Virus record (IMG/VR): IMGVR_UViG_3300046468_002660
DNA from: a virus
Reading direction: 5' to 3' (one strand)
DNA: 64,000 nt
Of the stretch, positions 17,031 through 26,289 are shown piece after piece; the first letter of the stretch is position 1; the number at the start of each line of letters is the position of its first letter. Below the pieces are notes generated by a model, which was given only the letters and a program-made list of their open reading frames with translations, was not told where the DNA came from and did not search any database. Both the position numbers and the translations under genes were made by a program.

Positions 17031-19570
17031 TGCAAGATTTTTTTAATAATTTTTCCGAATACAAAAATTGTGTTCCCCCAGGAGTCAGGTTGCCTCAAAT
17101 TGAAATTGAGAGTAAGTATTACAAATCATTAAACCTTGATAGCGATGTAGATAACTTTACCTTTCTTACAGAACTTTGCAAAAACAGTTTAAAAAAGAAA
17201 AAATTAGACAAGCAATATTTAAAAAGAGCTAAATCTGAATTAGCTATCTTAAAAAAGCTTGGCTTTGTGGATTACATTTTATTAAATTGGGACATTATTA
17301 ATTTTTGTCATGAAAATGATATTCCTGTAGGGCCAGGTCGTGGATCTGCCGCTGGGTCTTTGGTGCTTTTTTTAATTGGGGTAACTAGTGTTGACCCTGT
17401 TAAGCATGATTTATTTTTCGAAAGGTTTGTGTCCGAAAGTAGAGCTAAACAAATAGAAAAAGATGGAGTGGTTTATTTAGATGGAAGTCTACTTGCTGAT
17501 GTTGATAATGATATTGCTTATGAACATAGACAGCGGGTCATAGATTATATTGAAACTAAAAATCCATCCAGAACATCAAAAATTTTAACATTAAATAGTT
17601 TGAGTAGCAAGCTGTGCATTAAGGAATGTGGAAAAATTGTTTCAGAACTTTCTGAAAAAGATGTGAATCTAGTCAGCGATTTTATCCCAAAGAAATTTGG
17701 GAAAGTCTTTTCTTTGTCTCAATCTTTAGAAGAGAGTGAAAGGTTTGCCGCGTGGACAAAAAAATATCCAGAGAGTTTTAAAATTGCTCAAAAGCTAGAA
17801 GGGTTGTATAAAAATACAGGAGTACACCCATCAGGAATAGCTATTTGTTTTTATGAAATCTCTGAAATTTGTCCGCTACAATCAACTAATGATGGCTCCA
17901 TTGTAACAGGGTATGATATGAATTGGGTATCAGAACTTATGGTAAAGTTTGACATCCTTGGGTTGAGAACGCTTAGTGTAATTTATGATGTCTGTAAAGC
18001 TTTAGGTTTAAATGTTTACGACATTGATCTTGACGATCAAAAGTTATACCAACCTCTTCAAGATAGTTTAAGATCTCCTCAAGGGCTGTTTCAAATAGAA
18101 GCTGACACTAATTTTAGAGTTTGTCAAGCAGTTAAACCAAGAAATTTAGAAGAGCTTAGTGCTGTAATTGCGATAGCAAGACCAGGTGCGTTAGAATTTA
18201 GTGATTCTTACGCTGATTATATTCGTACAGGAGAATCCAATGAAGTGCATGATTTTTTCTCGGATGTTTTGAGTTACACAGGGGGCATACCTTTGTACCA
18301 AGAGCAGTTAATGAAGATGGCTGTTAAGGTAGGTTTTTCATTAGATGAATCTGAGCAGTTAAGAAGGATTGTAGGAAAAAAGAAAGTAGATCAGATGGCT
18401 TCTTGGCAAGAAAAAATTTCCAAAAAGGTTCAAGAAAATAATCTTCCCGAGGAAGTTGGAGAAGTTCTTTGGAGTGTTGCCGAGGATAGTGCTAATTATT
18501 CTTTCAATAAAAGTCACTCTATTGCCTATGCAACTTTAGCTGCTTGGACTACGTTTTTAAAATTCAATCATACGCAAGATTTTTTCTTAAGTTTGTTGAA
18601 AATGACAAAATTTGAACCATCTCCACAAGAAGAAATTAGTGACATCACAAAAGACTTACCTTTTTTCGACATGAAGCTATTGCCTCCTGATCTAGAGAGG
18701 TCTCAAATGGATTTTGCAAAAGAAGGTGAGCATATTAGATTTGGATTAAACAGTATTAAGGGTGTGAGCGAAAAATCTTTAGAGGCTCTTGGTAAATTTA
18801 GGTCTTCAGACAAGCCAAATAAGTTCAATACTTTTGTAGCAGCTAAACAATCAGGCTTAAACATAGGTATATTATCGTCTTTAATTCAAGCTGGTTGTCT
18901 GCCAGAATATGACTCGAGTCGCCCTTTATTAGTTTTAGAAGCTCAATCTTTTAATTTATTAACAGATCGAGAGAAAAAATGCGTTATAGAAATTGGTAAA
19001 AAATATGATTATAAACTTCTAGATATTATAGCTGAAGCTCACAAAGGTTTATTAGCTTCAGATGGTAAACCTTTAATGAAAGAGTCTAGGTTTAATACTT
19101 TTAAATCAAAATATGATAAATATAAAGCTATCTATTTGCAAAACAAAAAGCATGAACGATTTGCTAATTGGTATTTTGAAACAAAGCTTTTAGGTTATAG
19201 TTACAGTGGAGATTTAAAATCTGTATTTAATGAATCTGAGATTATTTATAACTCTAATAATTTTTATGATGAAAAATCTTGCAGAGGAAAATTCATAGGG
19301 ATTGTTAATGATTATTATAAAGGTGTAAGTAGAAATGGAAATAAATATTTTAAAATGATATTAAGTGACGAATACGGCAAGTACCCTGTTATGTTTATGG
19401 ATAATTCTAGAGGAAATAAATACTCAGATTATCTAGAACTCGGCAATCAATTGCCAGAAAAAGGTGATATCATAGCGATTATAGGAACAAAAAGTTCAGA
19501 TATAATTTTCGCTGATTATTTACTACCTTTGAAAGAAAAAATTTATATGAAATTAGGAGATTTAAATTAA
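17027..19570 (+). CDS. dnaE: DNA polymerase III alpha catalytic core (lacks PHP)
   Basis: GPGRGSAAGSLV, DLFFERF, DVDND, GVHPSG, KFDILGL, LYQEQ, YSFNKSH, IRFGLNSIKG. Confidence 0.96.
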   Translation: MMQDFFNNFSEYKNCVPPGVRLPQIEIESKYYKSLNLDSDVDNFTFLTELCKNSLKKKKLDKQYLKRAKSELAILKKLGFVDYILLNWDIINFCHENDIPVGPGRGSAAGSLVLFLIGVTSVDPVKHDLFFERFVSESRAKQIEKDGVVYLDGSLLADVDNDIAYEHRQRVIDYIETKNPSRTSKILTLNSLSSKLCIKECGKIVSELSEKDVNLVSDFIPKKFGKVFSLSQSLEESERFAAWTKKYPESFKIAQKLEGLYKNTGVHPSGIAICFYEISEICPLQSTNDGSIVTGYDMNWVSELMVKFDILGLRTLSVIYDVCKALGLNVYDIDLDDQKLYQPLQDSLRSPQGLFQIEADTNFRVCQAVKPRNLEELSAVIAIARPGALEFSDSYADYIRTGESNEVHDFFSDVLSYTGGIPLYQEQLMKMAVKVGFSLDESEQLRRIVGKKKVDQMASWQEKISKKVQENNLPEEVGEVLWSVAEDSANYSFNKSHSIAYATLAAWTTFLKFNHTQDFFLSLLKMTKFEPSPQEEISDITKDLPFFDMKLLPPDLERSQMDFAKEGEHIRFGLNSIKGVSEKSLEALGKFRSSDKPNKFNTFVAAKQSGLNIGILSSLIQAGCLPEYDSSRPLLVLEAQSFNLLTDREKKCVIEIGKKYDYKLLDIIAEAHKGLLASDGKPLMKESRFNTFKSKYDKYKAIYLQNKKHERFANWYFETKLLGYSYSGDLKSVFNESEIIYNSNNFYDEKSCRGKFIGIVNDYYKGVSRNGNKYFKMILSDEYGKYPVMFMDNSRGNKYSDYLELGNQLPEKGDIIAIIGTKSSDIIFADYLLPLKEKIYMKLGDLN

Positions 19571-22029
19571 TGGAAATACTACCAAATTTTACGCCAAGAG
19601 TGCAACAAGCGATTAAAATTGCAAAGCAAGATGCTATTGACATGAAGCATCAAAAAGTAGAACCCATACATCTTTTGTGCGGAATTTTTAAAGTTCAAAA
19701 TAGTTTTTTTAATAGCTTACATGACAACACGGCTTTGAAAGATCTTGATTTTAGCTCTTATATCAATAGATTTGTTGAACAACCAAAGTCTTTCAACATA
19801 AGAGAATTAACTTATTCTAAAAGTTTTAAAAACATCTTAAGAGATTCGGTAGAACTAGCTAATTCTTATGCTCATGATTATGTAGGCATAGAGCACGTTT
19901 TGGTTTGTTTAATTAATTTAGTAGATTTAAAATTCTTTTTTGAAGAAATTTCCATTGACCCTGAACAACTATCTTTGCATATAAAAGCAACTCTTGAAGG
20001 GGATATATTAGAAAAAAAAGATCAATTAGATCAGCATTTAAATAAAAAATCTAAAAATAATTTTAAAAGTGCAGAGCCTACCCCAGCAAATACATCTTCA
20101 ATTCTTGCTAAATATGGCTGTAATTTTACAGAATTAGCTGAGGAAGGTAAATTCGATAAAGTAGTCTGCAGAAACTCAAGTATTTCAGACTTGATAGAAA
20201 TTTTGTGTCGCAGAACAAAGAATAATCCTATTATTTTAGGTGAAGCTGGTGTCGGAAAAACGGCTCTAGTAGAAGGTTTGGCTCAAAAAATAGTATCGTC
20301 AGATGTCCCTGATTTCTTAGAAGGCAAAGTTATTTATTCTTTGAATTTAAATAATTTAATTGCGGGTACAAAGTATCGAGGTCAATTCGAAGAACGTTTG
20401 AAAGATTTCATCGATGAATTTTCAAAAGACGAAAGAAACATTTTGTTTATTGATGAGATACATACTTTAGTTGGAGCAGGAAATGCTGAAGGAGGAATGG
20501 ACGCTGCTAACATACTAAAACCAATGCTTGCTCGTGGCAATCTTCGTTGTATTGGAGCTACTACCCTGAAAGAGTACAAGAAATCCATCGAAAAAGATGC
20601 AGCTTTAAGTAGGAGATTTCAATCGGTTGTAATTGAAGAGCCTAGCATAAAAGACTCTTACACAATACTTAACAACCTTTCTGTTCAATATGAATCTTTT
20701 CACCAAGTGAGGTATAGAAAAAATGCGTTAAAAGCTGCTGTTGACTTAAGTCATCGATATATTACAGATCGCTTTTTACCAGACAAAGCTATTGATATTA
20801 TTGATGAGGCTGCTTCTAAGGTTAAAATTAAAAATTTTCATAAACCAAAAGAAGCTAAGAATATTGAAAGGTCGTTGGAGTCCTTGATAGATCAAGAGCA
20901 ATCCACAAAAGACTTGGATAGAAAAAAAATCCTAGGAGATTGTATCGACGATCTTTTTGAAGAGTATCAAGTTATCTTAGATGATTGGCAAGAATCTGTG
21001 AAAAAAAAACCTATTTATGTTACAGAAAATGATATTCACGAAGTTATTTCTTTAAAAACGTCGATACCTATTTCGATTATCTCTTCTTCTTCTGATGAAA
21101 AATATCTTAATTTAAAATCTAATTTAAAAAAAGAAATCATTGGCCAAGAATCCGCCATCAATTCAGTGTATCATTCTGTAATTCGATCAGCTTGTGGTTT
21201 AAATAATCCTGAAAAACCAGTTGGAACTTTTCTTTTCTTAGGTAAAACGGGTACGGGTAAAACATTAACTGCAAAAAAAATATCTAAATATATTTTTGGA
21301 GGTGAAGATAAAGTTATTAGATTAGATATGGGCGAATATTCAGACTCTGTCAGCTCCTCTAAAATCACAGGATCGTCTCCAGGATATGTTGGCTATGAAG
21401 AAGGTAGTGCTATCATTGATAAAGTTAGAAAAAATCCGTATAGCGTTATTTTGTTTGATGAGATTGAAAAAGCTCACCCAGAAGTTTTTAAAGTGCTTTT
21501 AAATATCTTAGATGAAGGAGTGTTAACAGATAATTTTGGTCGCTCAGCTAGCTTTAAAAATTGCTTGATTATCCTAACGGGTAATCTTGGTAGCGAAATT
21601 ATAGATAAACCTCAAAGCTCGATAGGGTTTGCTGCTGAGAGCAATAATGAAGATATTGTTAAAGATAAATTAAAAACTAAAATCCATAACACTTTCTCTC
21701 CAGAATTTGCGAATAGAATAGATGATATTGTTGTGTTTTCTCCTTTCTCGGATGTTGATTATGAAAAAATTATTAGTTTACATTTAAAAAATGTTAATTT
21801 AAAATTAAAGCCTAAAAAAATAAAGCTTTCTTTAGATCAATCATTAATTAAATTTTTTATAAATAAGTTAAAAGAGATTGATTTAGGAGCAAGACCTGTT
21901 GAAAGAATTTTTCAAGATGAAATTGAATGCTTGCTTGCAGAAAATATTTTATTAAAAAAAATACAAGAAAATACAAAAATCTGTTTCTATAGAGAGTCAG
22001 ATCAAACTTTTTTCAAAATTCAAAAATAA
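19570..22029 (+). CDS. clpC: ClpC/ClpA-type AAA+ unfoldase
   Basis: Clp-N repeats, [55 protein letters not shown], ClpP-docking IGF loop. Confidence 0.93.
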   Translation: MEILPNFTPRVQQAIKIAKQDAIDMKHQKVEPIHLLCGIFKVQNSFFNSLHDNTALKDLDFSSYINRFVEQPKSFNIRELTYSKSFKNILRDSVELANSYAHDYVGIEHVLVCLINLVDLKFFFEEISIDPEQLSLHIKATLEGDILEKKDQLDQHLNKKSKNNFKSAEPTPANTSSILAKYGCNFTELAEEGKFDKVVCRNSSISDLIEILCRRTKNNPIILGEAGVGKTALVEGLAQKIVSSDVPDFLEGKVIYSLNLNNLIAGTKYRGQFEERLKDFIDEFSKDERNILFIDEIHTLVGAGNAEGGMDAANILKPMLARGNLRCIGATTLKEYKKSIEKDAALSRRFQSVVIEEPSIKDSYTILNNLSVQYESFHQVRYRKNALKAAVDLSHRYITDRFLPDKAIDIIDEAASKVKIKNFHKPKEAKNIERSLESLIDQEQSTKDLDRKKILGDCIDDLFEEYQVILDDWQESVKKKPIYVTENDIHEVISLKTSIPISIISSSSDEKYLNLKSNLKKEIIGQESAINSVYHSVIRSACGLNNPEKPVGTFLFLGKTGTGKTLTAKKISKYIFGGEDKVIRLDMGEYSDSVSSSKITGSSPGYVGYEEGSAIIDKVRKNPYSVILFDEIEKAHPEVFKVLLNILDEGVLTDNFGRSASFKNCLIILTGNLGSEIIDKPQSSIGFAAESNNEDIVKDKLKTKIHNTFSPEFANRIDDIVVFSPFSDVDYEKIISLHLKNVNLKLKPKKIKLSLDQSLIKFFINKLKEIDLGARPVERIFQDEIECLLAENILLKKIQENTKICFYRESDQTFFKIQK

Positions 22030-22033
22030 AGGC

Positions 22034-22062
22034 TTGTCATTAAGTGTAATATTTGGTATAAA
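22034..22062 (+). promoter_or_regulatory. Putative sigma70 promoter for tmRNA
   Basis: TTGTCA-N17-TATAAA with extended TG; a GTGTAA lies in the spacer. Confidence 0.45.
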
Positions 22063-22086
22063 TAATATTGTTCTTTAAAATTTTAT

Positions 22087-22452
22087 GGGGGTGTACAGGA
22101 TTCGATTGACATTGGATTCTTTCGCCGCAAGCAGGAGTTGTGTCTGGCTCCTTTACAAAGGCACAAATTTTACATGGCAACAAGTCACGTATTAAAGCTT
22201 ACTCGCCTCAAAGCGAAAAGCTTGCTCTAGCAGCTTAGTCTCTGCTACCTCGCAACTTTTGACGCAGATAAAAAGATTGCGGGGTCATCAATCTGCAAAA
22301 CAGATAAAAGTTTTCTTGTATCTTAAACTGTAAATAATTGAAACAAGAAGTTGGATGTTAATATCATAACTGTAAAAAAAATTGACTAAGCTTGTAGACG
22401 CGATTGCTTAAAGATGATCAAGACGCGGGTTCAAATCCCGCCACCTCCACCA
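22087..22452 (+). ncRNA. ssrA: tmRNA; tag reading frame 22176-22238, (A)GNKSRIKAYSPQSEKLALAA*
   Basis: 5' GGGGGTG pairs with 3' CACCTCC-ACCA including G3:U70; GGATTCGA after the 5' stem; T-arm GCGGGTTCAAATCCCGC; internal ORF ending LALAA-stop. Confidence 0.95.
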
Positions 22453-22475
22453 ATTTAAACTTTAAAATTAAAATT

Positions 22476-23756
22476 ATGAAAATCAACGAATTAAATAGAA
22501 GAGAGTTTTTAGCTAGAGCCGCAAAGTCTTATCTAGGTGTTGGCTTAATGCCTTTGGTCGGAAGTTATCTACACGATAACGCTTACGCATTAACTCCTGG
22601 TTCTCGTCCTGCAAAAGCTCGCCATGTAATTTATTTAAATATGGCGGGAGCAATGTCTCATCTAGACACTCTTGACCCAAAACCTCAAAGTCCAGATGTT
22701 CAAGGGCCAGTTGAAGCTATTCAAACAAGCGTTGACAACGTTTTTCTTTCAGAAAATTTACCAACAGTTGCAAATCATATGCACAATGCTGCTATTGTTC
22801 GTTCTGTTACTAGTAATCAAGGGGCTCATGAACAAGCTAGTTATTTAATGCATACCAGCTATCAAAAACGAGGAACAATAGTTCATCCGACTTTTGGCAG
22901 CTGGGTAGCTAAACTCTCAGGTTCAATCAATAGAACTATTCCAGCAAACGTTAAGATCGGTGGTGGTGGAGGTGGAGCTGGATTCTTGGAGTCTCGGTAT
23001 GGAGCTCTTCCACTTAGAAATGCTAAAGCAGGATTAGCTAACAGTTCAATGGCTGATTATTTAGATAGCGAGCGATTTAATGATAGAATAAAAACCGCTG
23101 AACAATTAAACGCTGTTTTCAGTGAACAATATAATCAAAAACAAATTCGAGCTTATACAGATCTATACAAAGATGCCGTAAAATTAATGCAAAGCGAAGA
23201 TTTAAAAGCTTTTGATATCACCGATGAGCCAGAGGCGATGACTGAATTATATGGGTCCAGTAATTTTGGACAAGGTTGTTTGCTTGCCAGAAGACTTATA
23301 GAAAATAAAGTACGTTATGTTGAGGTTACTCGTGGAGGTTGGGATACTCATGATAATAATTTTGAACGAGTAGGCGCAAACTGCGCAGACATAGATAAAG
23401 CTTTGGGGGCTCTGCTTTTTGATTTGGAAATAAGAGGTTTGCTTGATGAAACTTTAGTTGTTTTAACATCTGAATTTGGTCGCACACCAAAAATTAACCC
23501 TAGGGATGGCAGAGACCATTGGCCAAAAGCTTTCTCGGCTTTCTTTGCTGGGGGTGCAATAAAAGGAGGTGCAATTTATGGAAGAAGTGATGACAAAGGA
23601 ATGGAAGTGGCTGAAAACCCTGTTAAACCAGAAGATCTAAATGCTACAATAGCTTATGCTTTAGGCATGTCTCTTAATGATATTCACTATTCTCCTTCTG
23701 GCAGACCTTTTCAAATTGCACATAAAGGGCAACCAATTTTAGATATTTTAAATTAA
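22476..23756 (+). CDS. DUF1501 family protein with Tat signal
   Basis: NRREFL twin-Arg; VIYLNMAGAMSHLDTLDPKP; FGQGCLLARRLIE; GGWDTH; SEFGRTP; GRDHW. Start moved to 22476 because 22404 lies inside the tmRNA. Confidence 0.9.
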   Translation: MKINELNRREFLARAAKSYLGVGLMPLVGSYLHDNAYALTPGSRPAKARHVIYLNMAGAMSHLDTLDPKPQSPDVQGPVEAIQTSVDNVFLSENLPTVANHMHNAAIVRSVTSNQGAHEQASYLMHTSYQKRGTIVHPTFGSWVAKLSGSINRTIPANVKIGGGGGGAGFLESRYGALPLRNAKAGLANSSMADYLDSERFNDRIKTAEQLNAVFSEQYNQKQIRAYTDLYKDAVKLMQSEDLKAFDITDEPEAMTELYGSSNFGQGCLLARRLIENKVRYVEVTRGGWDTHDNNFERVGANCADIDKALGALLFDLEIRGLLDETLVVLTSEFGRTPKINPRDGRDHWPKAFSAFFAGGAIKGGAIYGRSDDKGMEVAENPVKPEDLNATIAYALGMSLNDIHYSPSGRPFQIAHKGQPILDILN

Positions 23757-23795
23757 TTCGGTATTTTTTTGTGCCATAAAGTGTAAGTGTTTTGT

Positions 23796-24599
23796 ATGAA
23801 ACGAAAAATACTTATCATGGGGTTGCCAGGTTCTGGAAAAACAACCCTAGCAGAGCTTTTAGTCTCTAAACTTAAAGCTTCTTGGTTTAACGCAGATGCA
23901 GTTCGTCAAGACATTTATAGTGAACTAGGCTTTTCAGAAACTGATCGCTTAGAACATGCGACCAGAATGGGTAAATTGTGCGACTGGGCAAATCTTGGTG
24001 GAGGTTACTCAATTGCGGATTTTGTTTGTCCAACTCAAGAAACTAGACAAGCTTTTAACGCTGATTTTACTGTTTGGGTTGATAGAATCCAAGAAGGTCG
24101 CTACGAAGACACTAATAAAATGTTTGAGAAGCCTATGAATTATGACGTTCGTTTAATCGAAGGTACTCCAGAGGATTGGGTGGATACAGTTTTAGAAAAG
24201 TTAAATTCAACTGAGCAGTGGGACAACCAAGCTCCAACAGCTTTGCTAATAGGTCGTTATCAACCTTTTCATGTTGGGCATAAGACTTTAGTTGCTGAAT
24301 CTATAAAAAGAACTGGTCAATGCTGCATTGCTTTGCGAGATGTTGGAGGTATAGATGAAAAAAATCCTTATGACTTTAAAAAAGTAAAAGCTGAAATAGA
24401 ATCTGCCTGTATAGAATTTGGTGATAAAATAAAAGTTGTTGAATTACCTAACATCACTGATGTTTTTTATGGTCGTGGAGTTGGTTATAATATTGAACAG
24501 CTAGAACTTAGCAAAGAACTTCAACAAGTTTCTGCTACAAAGATTAGGGCTGGAGAAATAGGGCAAGATGGAAAGCCTTTAGGTAAACGCCCTGAATAA
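23796..24599 (+). CDS. APS-kinase-like P-loop kinase fused to HIGH-family nucleotidyltransferase
   Basis: MGLPGSGKTT, NADAVR, GFSETDR, DFVCP; then GRYQPFHVGH and SATKIR. Confidence 0.85.
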   Translation: MKRKILIMGLPGSGKTTLAELLVSKLKASWFNADAVRQDIYSELGFSETDRLEHATRMGKLCDWANLGGGYSIADFVCPTQETRQAFNADFTVWVDRIQEGRYEDTNKMFEKPMNYDVRLIEGTPEDWVDTVLEKLNSTEQWDNQAPTALLIGRYQPFHVGHKTLVAESIKRTGQCCIALRDVGGIDEKNPYDFKKVKAEIESACIEFGDKIKVVELPNITDVFYGRGVGYNIEQLELSKELQQVSATKIRAGEIGQDGKPLGKRPE

Positions 24600-24967
24600 T
24601 GAAAAAATATAGTACAATTTTTTGTGATGTAGATGGTTCTCTTTTTGAATATCGCAAATTTGAATCCTATGAAACAACGGATTGCGTGTTACTTCCAGGT
24701 GTAAAAGAGAAATTTGATGAATGGAAGGCTGCAGGTCACATGATTATATTAACCACAGCAAGACCTGAATATTTAAGAGAGCATACAATTAAAGAATTAA
24801 ATATTCATAAATTAAAATATGACAGATTGATCATGGAAATAGAAAGAGGCCCTAGATATCTTATCAATGACACTGATCCTGAAAAACCTGGGCGTCGAGC
24901 TTTTGGTGTTAATTTAGATCGAGATCAAGGTTTTGTTAATCAAAACTGGAGTGATATTAACTTATGA
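24599..24967 (+). CDS. HAD-superfamily phosphatase
   Basis: FCDVDGSL, ILTTARP, LIND. Confidence 0.8.
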   Translation: MKKYSTIFCDVDGSLFEYRKFESYETTDCVLLPGVKEKFDEWKAAGHMIILTTARPEYLREHTIKELNIHKLKYDRLIMEIERGPRYLINDTDPEKPGRRAFGVNLDRDQGFVNQNWSDINL

Positions 24968-25128
24968 GTAGACAAAAAAAATACCAATCAACTACAAAAG
25001 GTAAACAAGCTCAACAAAAAGCGCAAAAAAAATACGATGAGTCTGATCTTTTAAAAAGAAGACAGCAGAAAAGAGATTATATGCGTCGCAAACGAGCGGA
25101 AAATCCAAACTATTGTAGATGGAAATAA
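24964..25128 (+). CDS. Small basic protein (54 aa; not in ORF track)
   Basis: ATGA overlap with upstream gene; MSRQKKYQSTTKGK...RWK*; followed by terminator. Confidence 0.7.
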   Translation: MSRQKKYQSTTKGKQAQQKAQKKYDESDLLKRRQQKRDYMRRKRAENPNYCRWK

Positions 25129-25142
25129 TTTTTTGATTCCTC

Positions 25143-25170
25143 AAGCCCCTTTTTAGGGGCTTTTTTGTTT
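25143..25170 (+). terminator. Rho-independent terminator
   Basis: AAGCCCCT-TTTT-AGGGGCTT followed by T tract. Confidence 0.85.
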
Positions 25171-25174
25171 TTTC

Positions 25175-25203
25175 TTGACTTTAATTACTTTTGGTGATAC
25201 ACT
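25175..25203 (+). promoter_or_regulatory. sigma70-type promoter
   Basis: TTGACT-N17-TACACT with extended TG; ATG 9 nt downstream. Confidence 0.75.
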
Positions 25204-25212
25204 GTTAGTATT

Positions 25213-26289
25213 ATGAAAAAACCAGGAAGAAAAAGAAAAACATCTCAATATAAATTCAGACGTCAAACTTTTCCTTTTCATCAATATTGGTTAATGTATT
25301 TTACAGAAAAATATATTGATGGCGTTGAAAAAGATTTTGCTAGTTTTATTAAAGCTAAATCTTATAATACAGCCAAGACTATTTTAAAACTAAAATGCAG
25401 AGAAGATAATAAGCAAGTTAAATTAAAAGGTATCTCAGGTTTTATGCTTCATAAAGATTATACAAACACCGTAACTCAAAAAAAATTAACTATAGAAGAT
25501 TGGAGTAATGTTAAAAAATCTGCATTCCCTAATTTAAATAATTTTTTATTCAAAAAATTCAACCCTCGCCCAGAAGGTTATACGAATCGTTTCAACAAAT
25601 GTACAAGTGAAGATGTAAAATACAAAGGGTTTAAAAAGGGTGATGATAATTGGGCTCGAAAAAACAGAAAGGGAGTTTCTAAAAAAATCAGCGAGCGCAA
25701 AGGTCTAGTTTGGAATGGTGGAGCTTGGGTAAAGTGGGATAAAGAAGAAATGAAAAAAGTTAAAAACCAAATTGTTGAAGCTTTAATTATTTATAAACAT
25801 AATCGATCTAAAGCAGCTAAACACCTCGAAATGGGGCGCGGAACTTTGTACAAATTAATGCTAAGATGTGCAGACAAAAGCTGGTGGAACAAACGCTTTC
25901 CAATAGTTAAGTCTCTTCCTCCAAGAGTTCCGAGAGAGCAAAGATCTGCCACACAAAAACGAGTTATGGCAGAGAGAAGAGCTAAAGGAATAAAACCTTT
26001 TGGAAAACTTGAAGGCGTTGAAGGCGTTGAAGAAAAAAGGCTAGCTAACCTTCGAGCTTCAAAAGCAAAAGAACGCGACAAATACAGAAAGTCTTTGATA
26101 CCAAAAATTGAAAAAGCTCTCAGTGAAAATAACAATGTTAGAACGCTAGCTGCAAAAAGTTTAAATGTAAAATATGGAACATTAAAAGCATGGATGAGGC
26201 GAACTGCGTGTTGGATAAATTGGAGCGAAAAATACCCGAGCAGATATAACAACAAAAGTGAAATAACATGGAACACAGTAAACAAATAA
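25213..26289 (+). CDS. Basic DNA-binding protein with two Fis-type HTH motifs
   Basis: IVEAL...NRSKAAKHLEMGRGTLYKLM and IEKAL...VRTLAAKSLNVKYGTLKAWM. Confidence 0.7.
   Translation: MKKPGRKRKTSQYKFRRQTFPFHQYWLMYFTEKYIDGVEKDFASFIKAKSYNTAKTILKLKCREDNKQVKLKGISGFMLHKDYTNTVTQKKLTIEDWSNVKKSAFPNLNNFLFKKFNPRPEGYTNRFNKCTSEDVKYKGFKKGDDNWARKNRKGVSKKISERKGLVWNGGAWVKWDKEEMKKVKNQIVEALIIYKHNRSKAAKHLEMGRGTLYKLMLRCADKSWWNKRFPIVKSLPPRVPREQRSATQKRVMAERRAKGIKPFGKLEGVEGVEEKRLANLRASKAKERDKYRKSLIPKIEKALSENNNVRTLAAKSLNVKYGTLKAWMRRTACWINWSEKYPSRYNNKSEITWNTVNK

Noticed and set aside
11478-19570. Inteins or introns in dnaB/dnaE
   Set aside because: Lengths and motif spacing leave no room; no C...HN splice motifs seen
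22087-22452. tmRNA or tRNA as prophage/island attachment site
   Set aside because: No integrase, no duplicated 3' end seen, and gene style is the same on both sides
22404-22475. ORF-track N-terminal extension of DUF1501
   Set aside because: Overlaps the tmRNA 3' end; the Tat signal begins at ATG 22476
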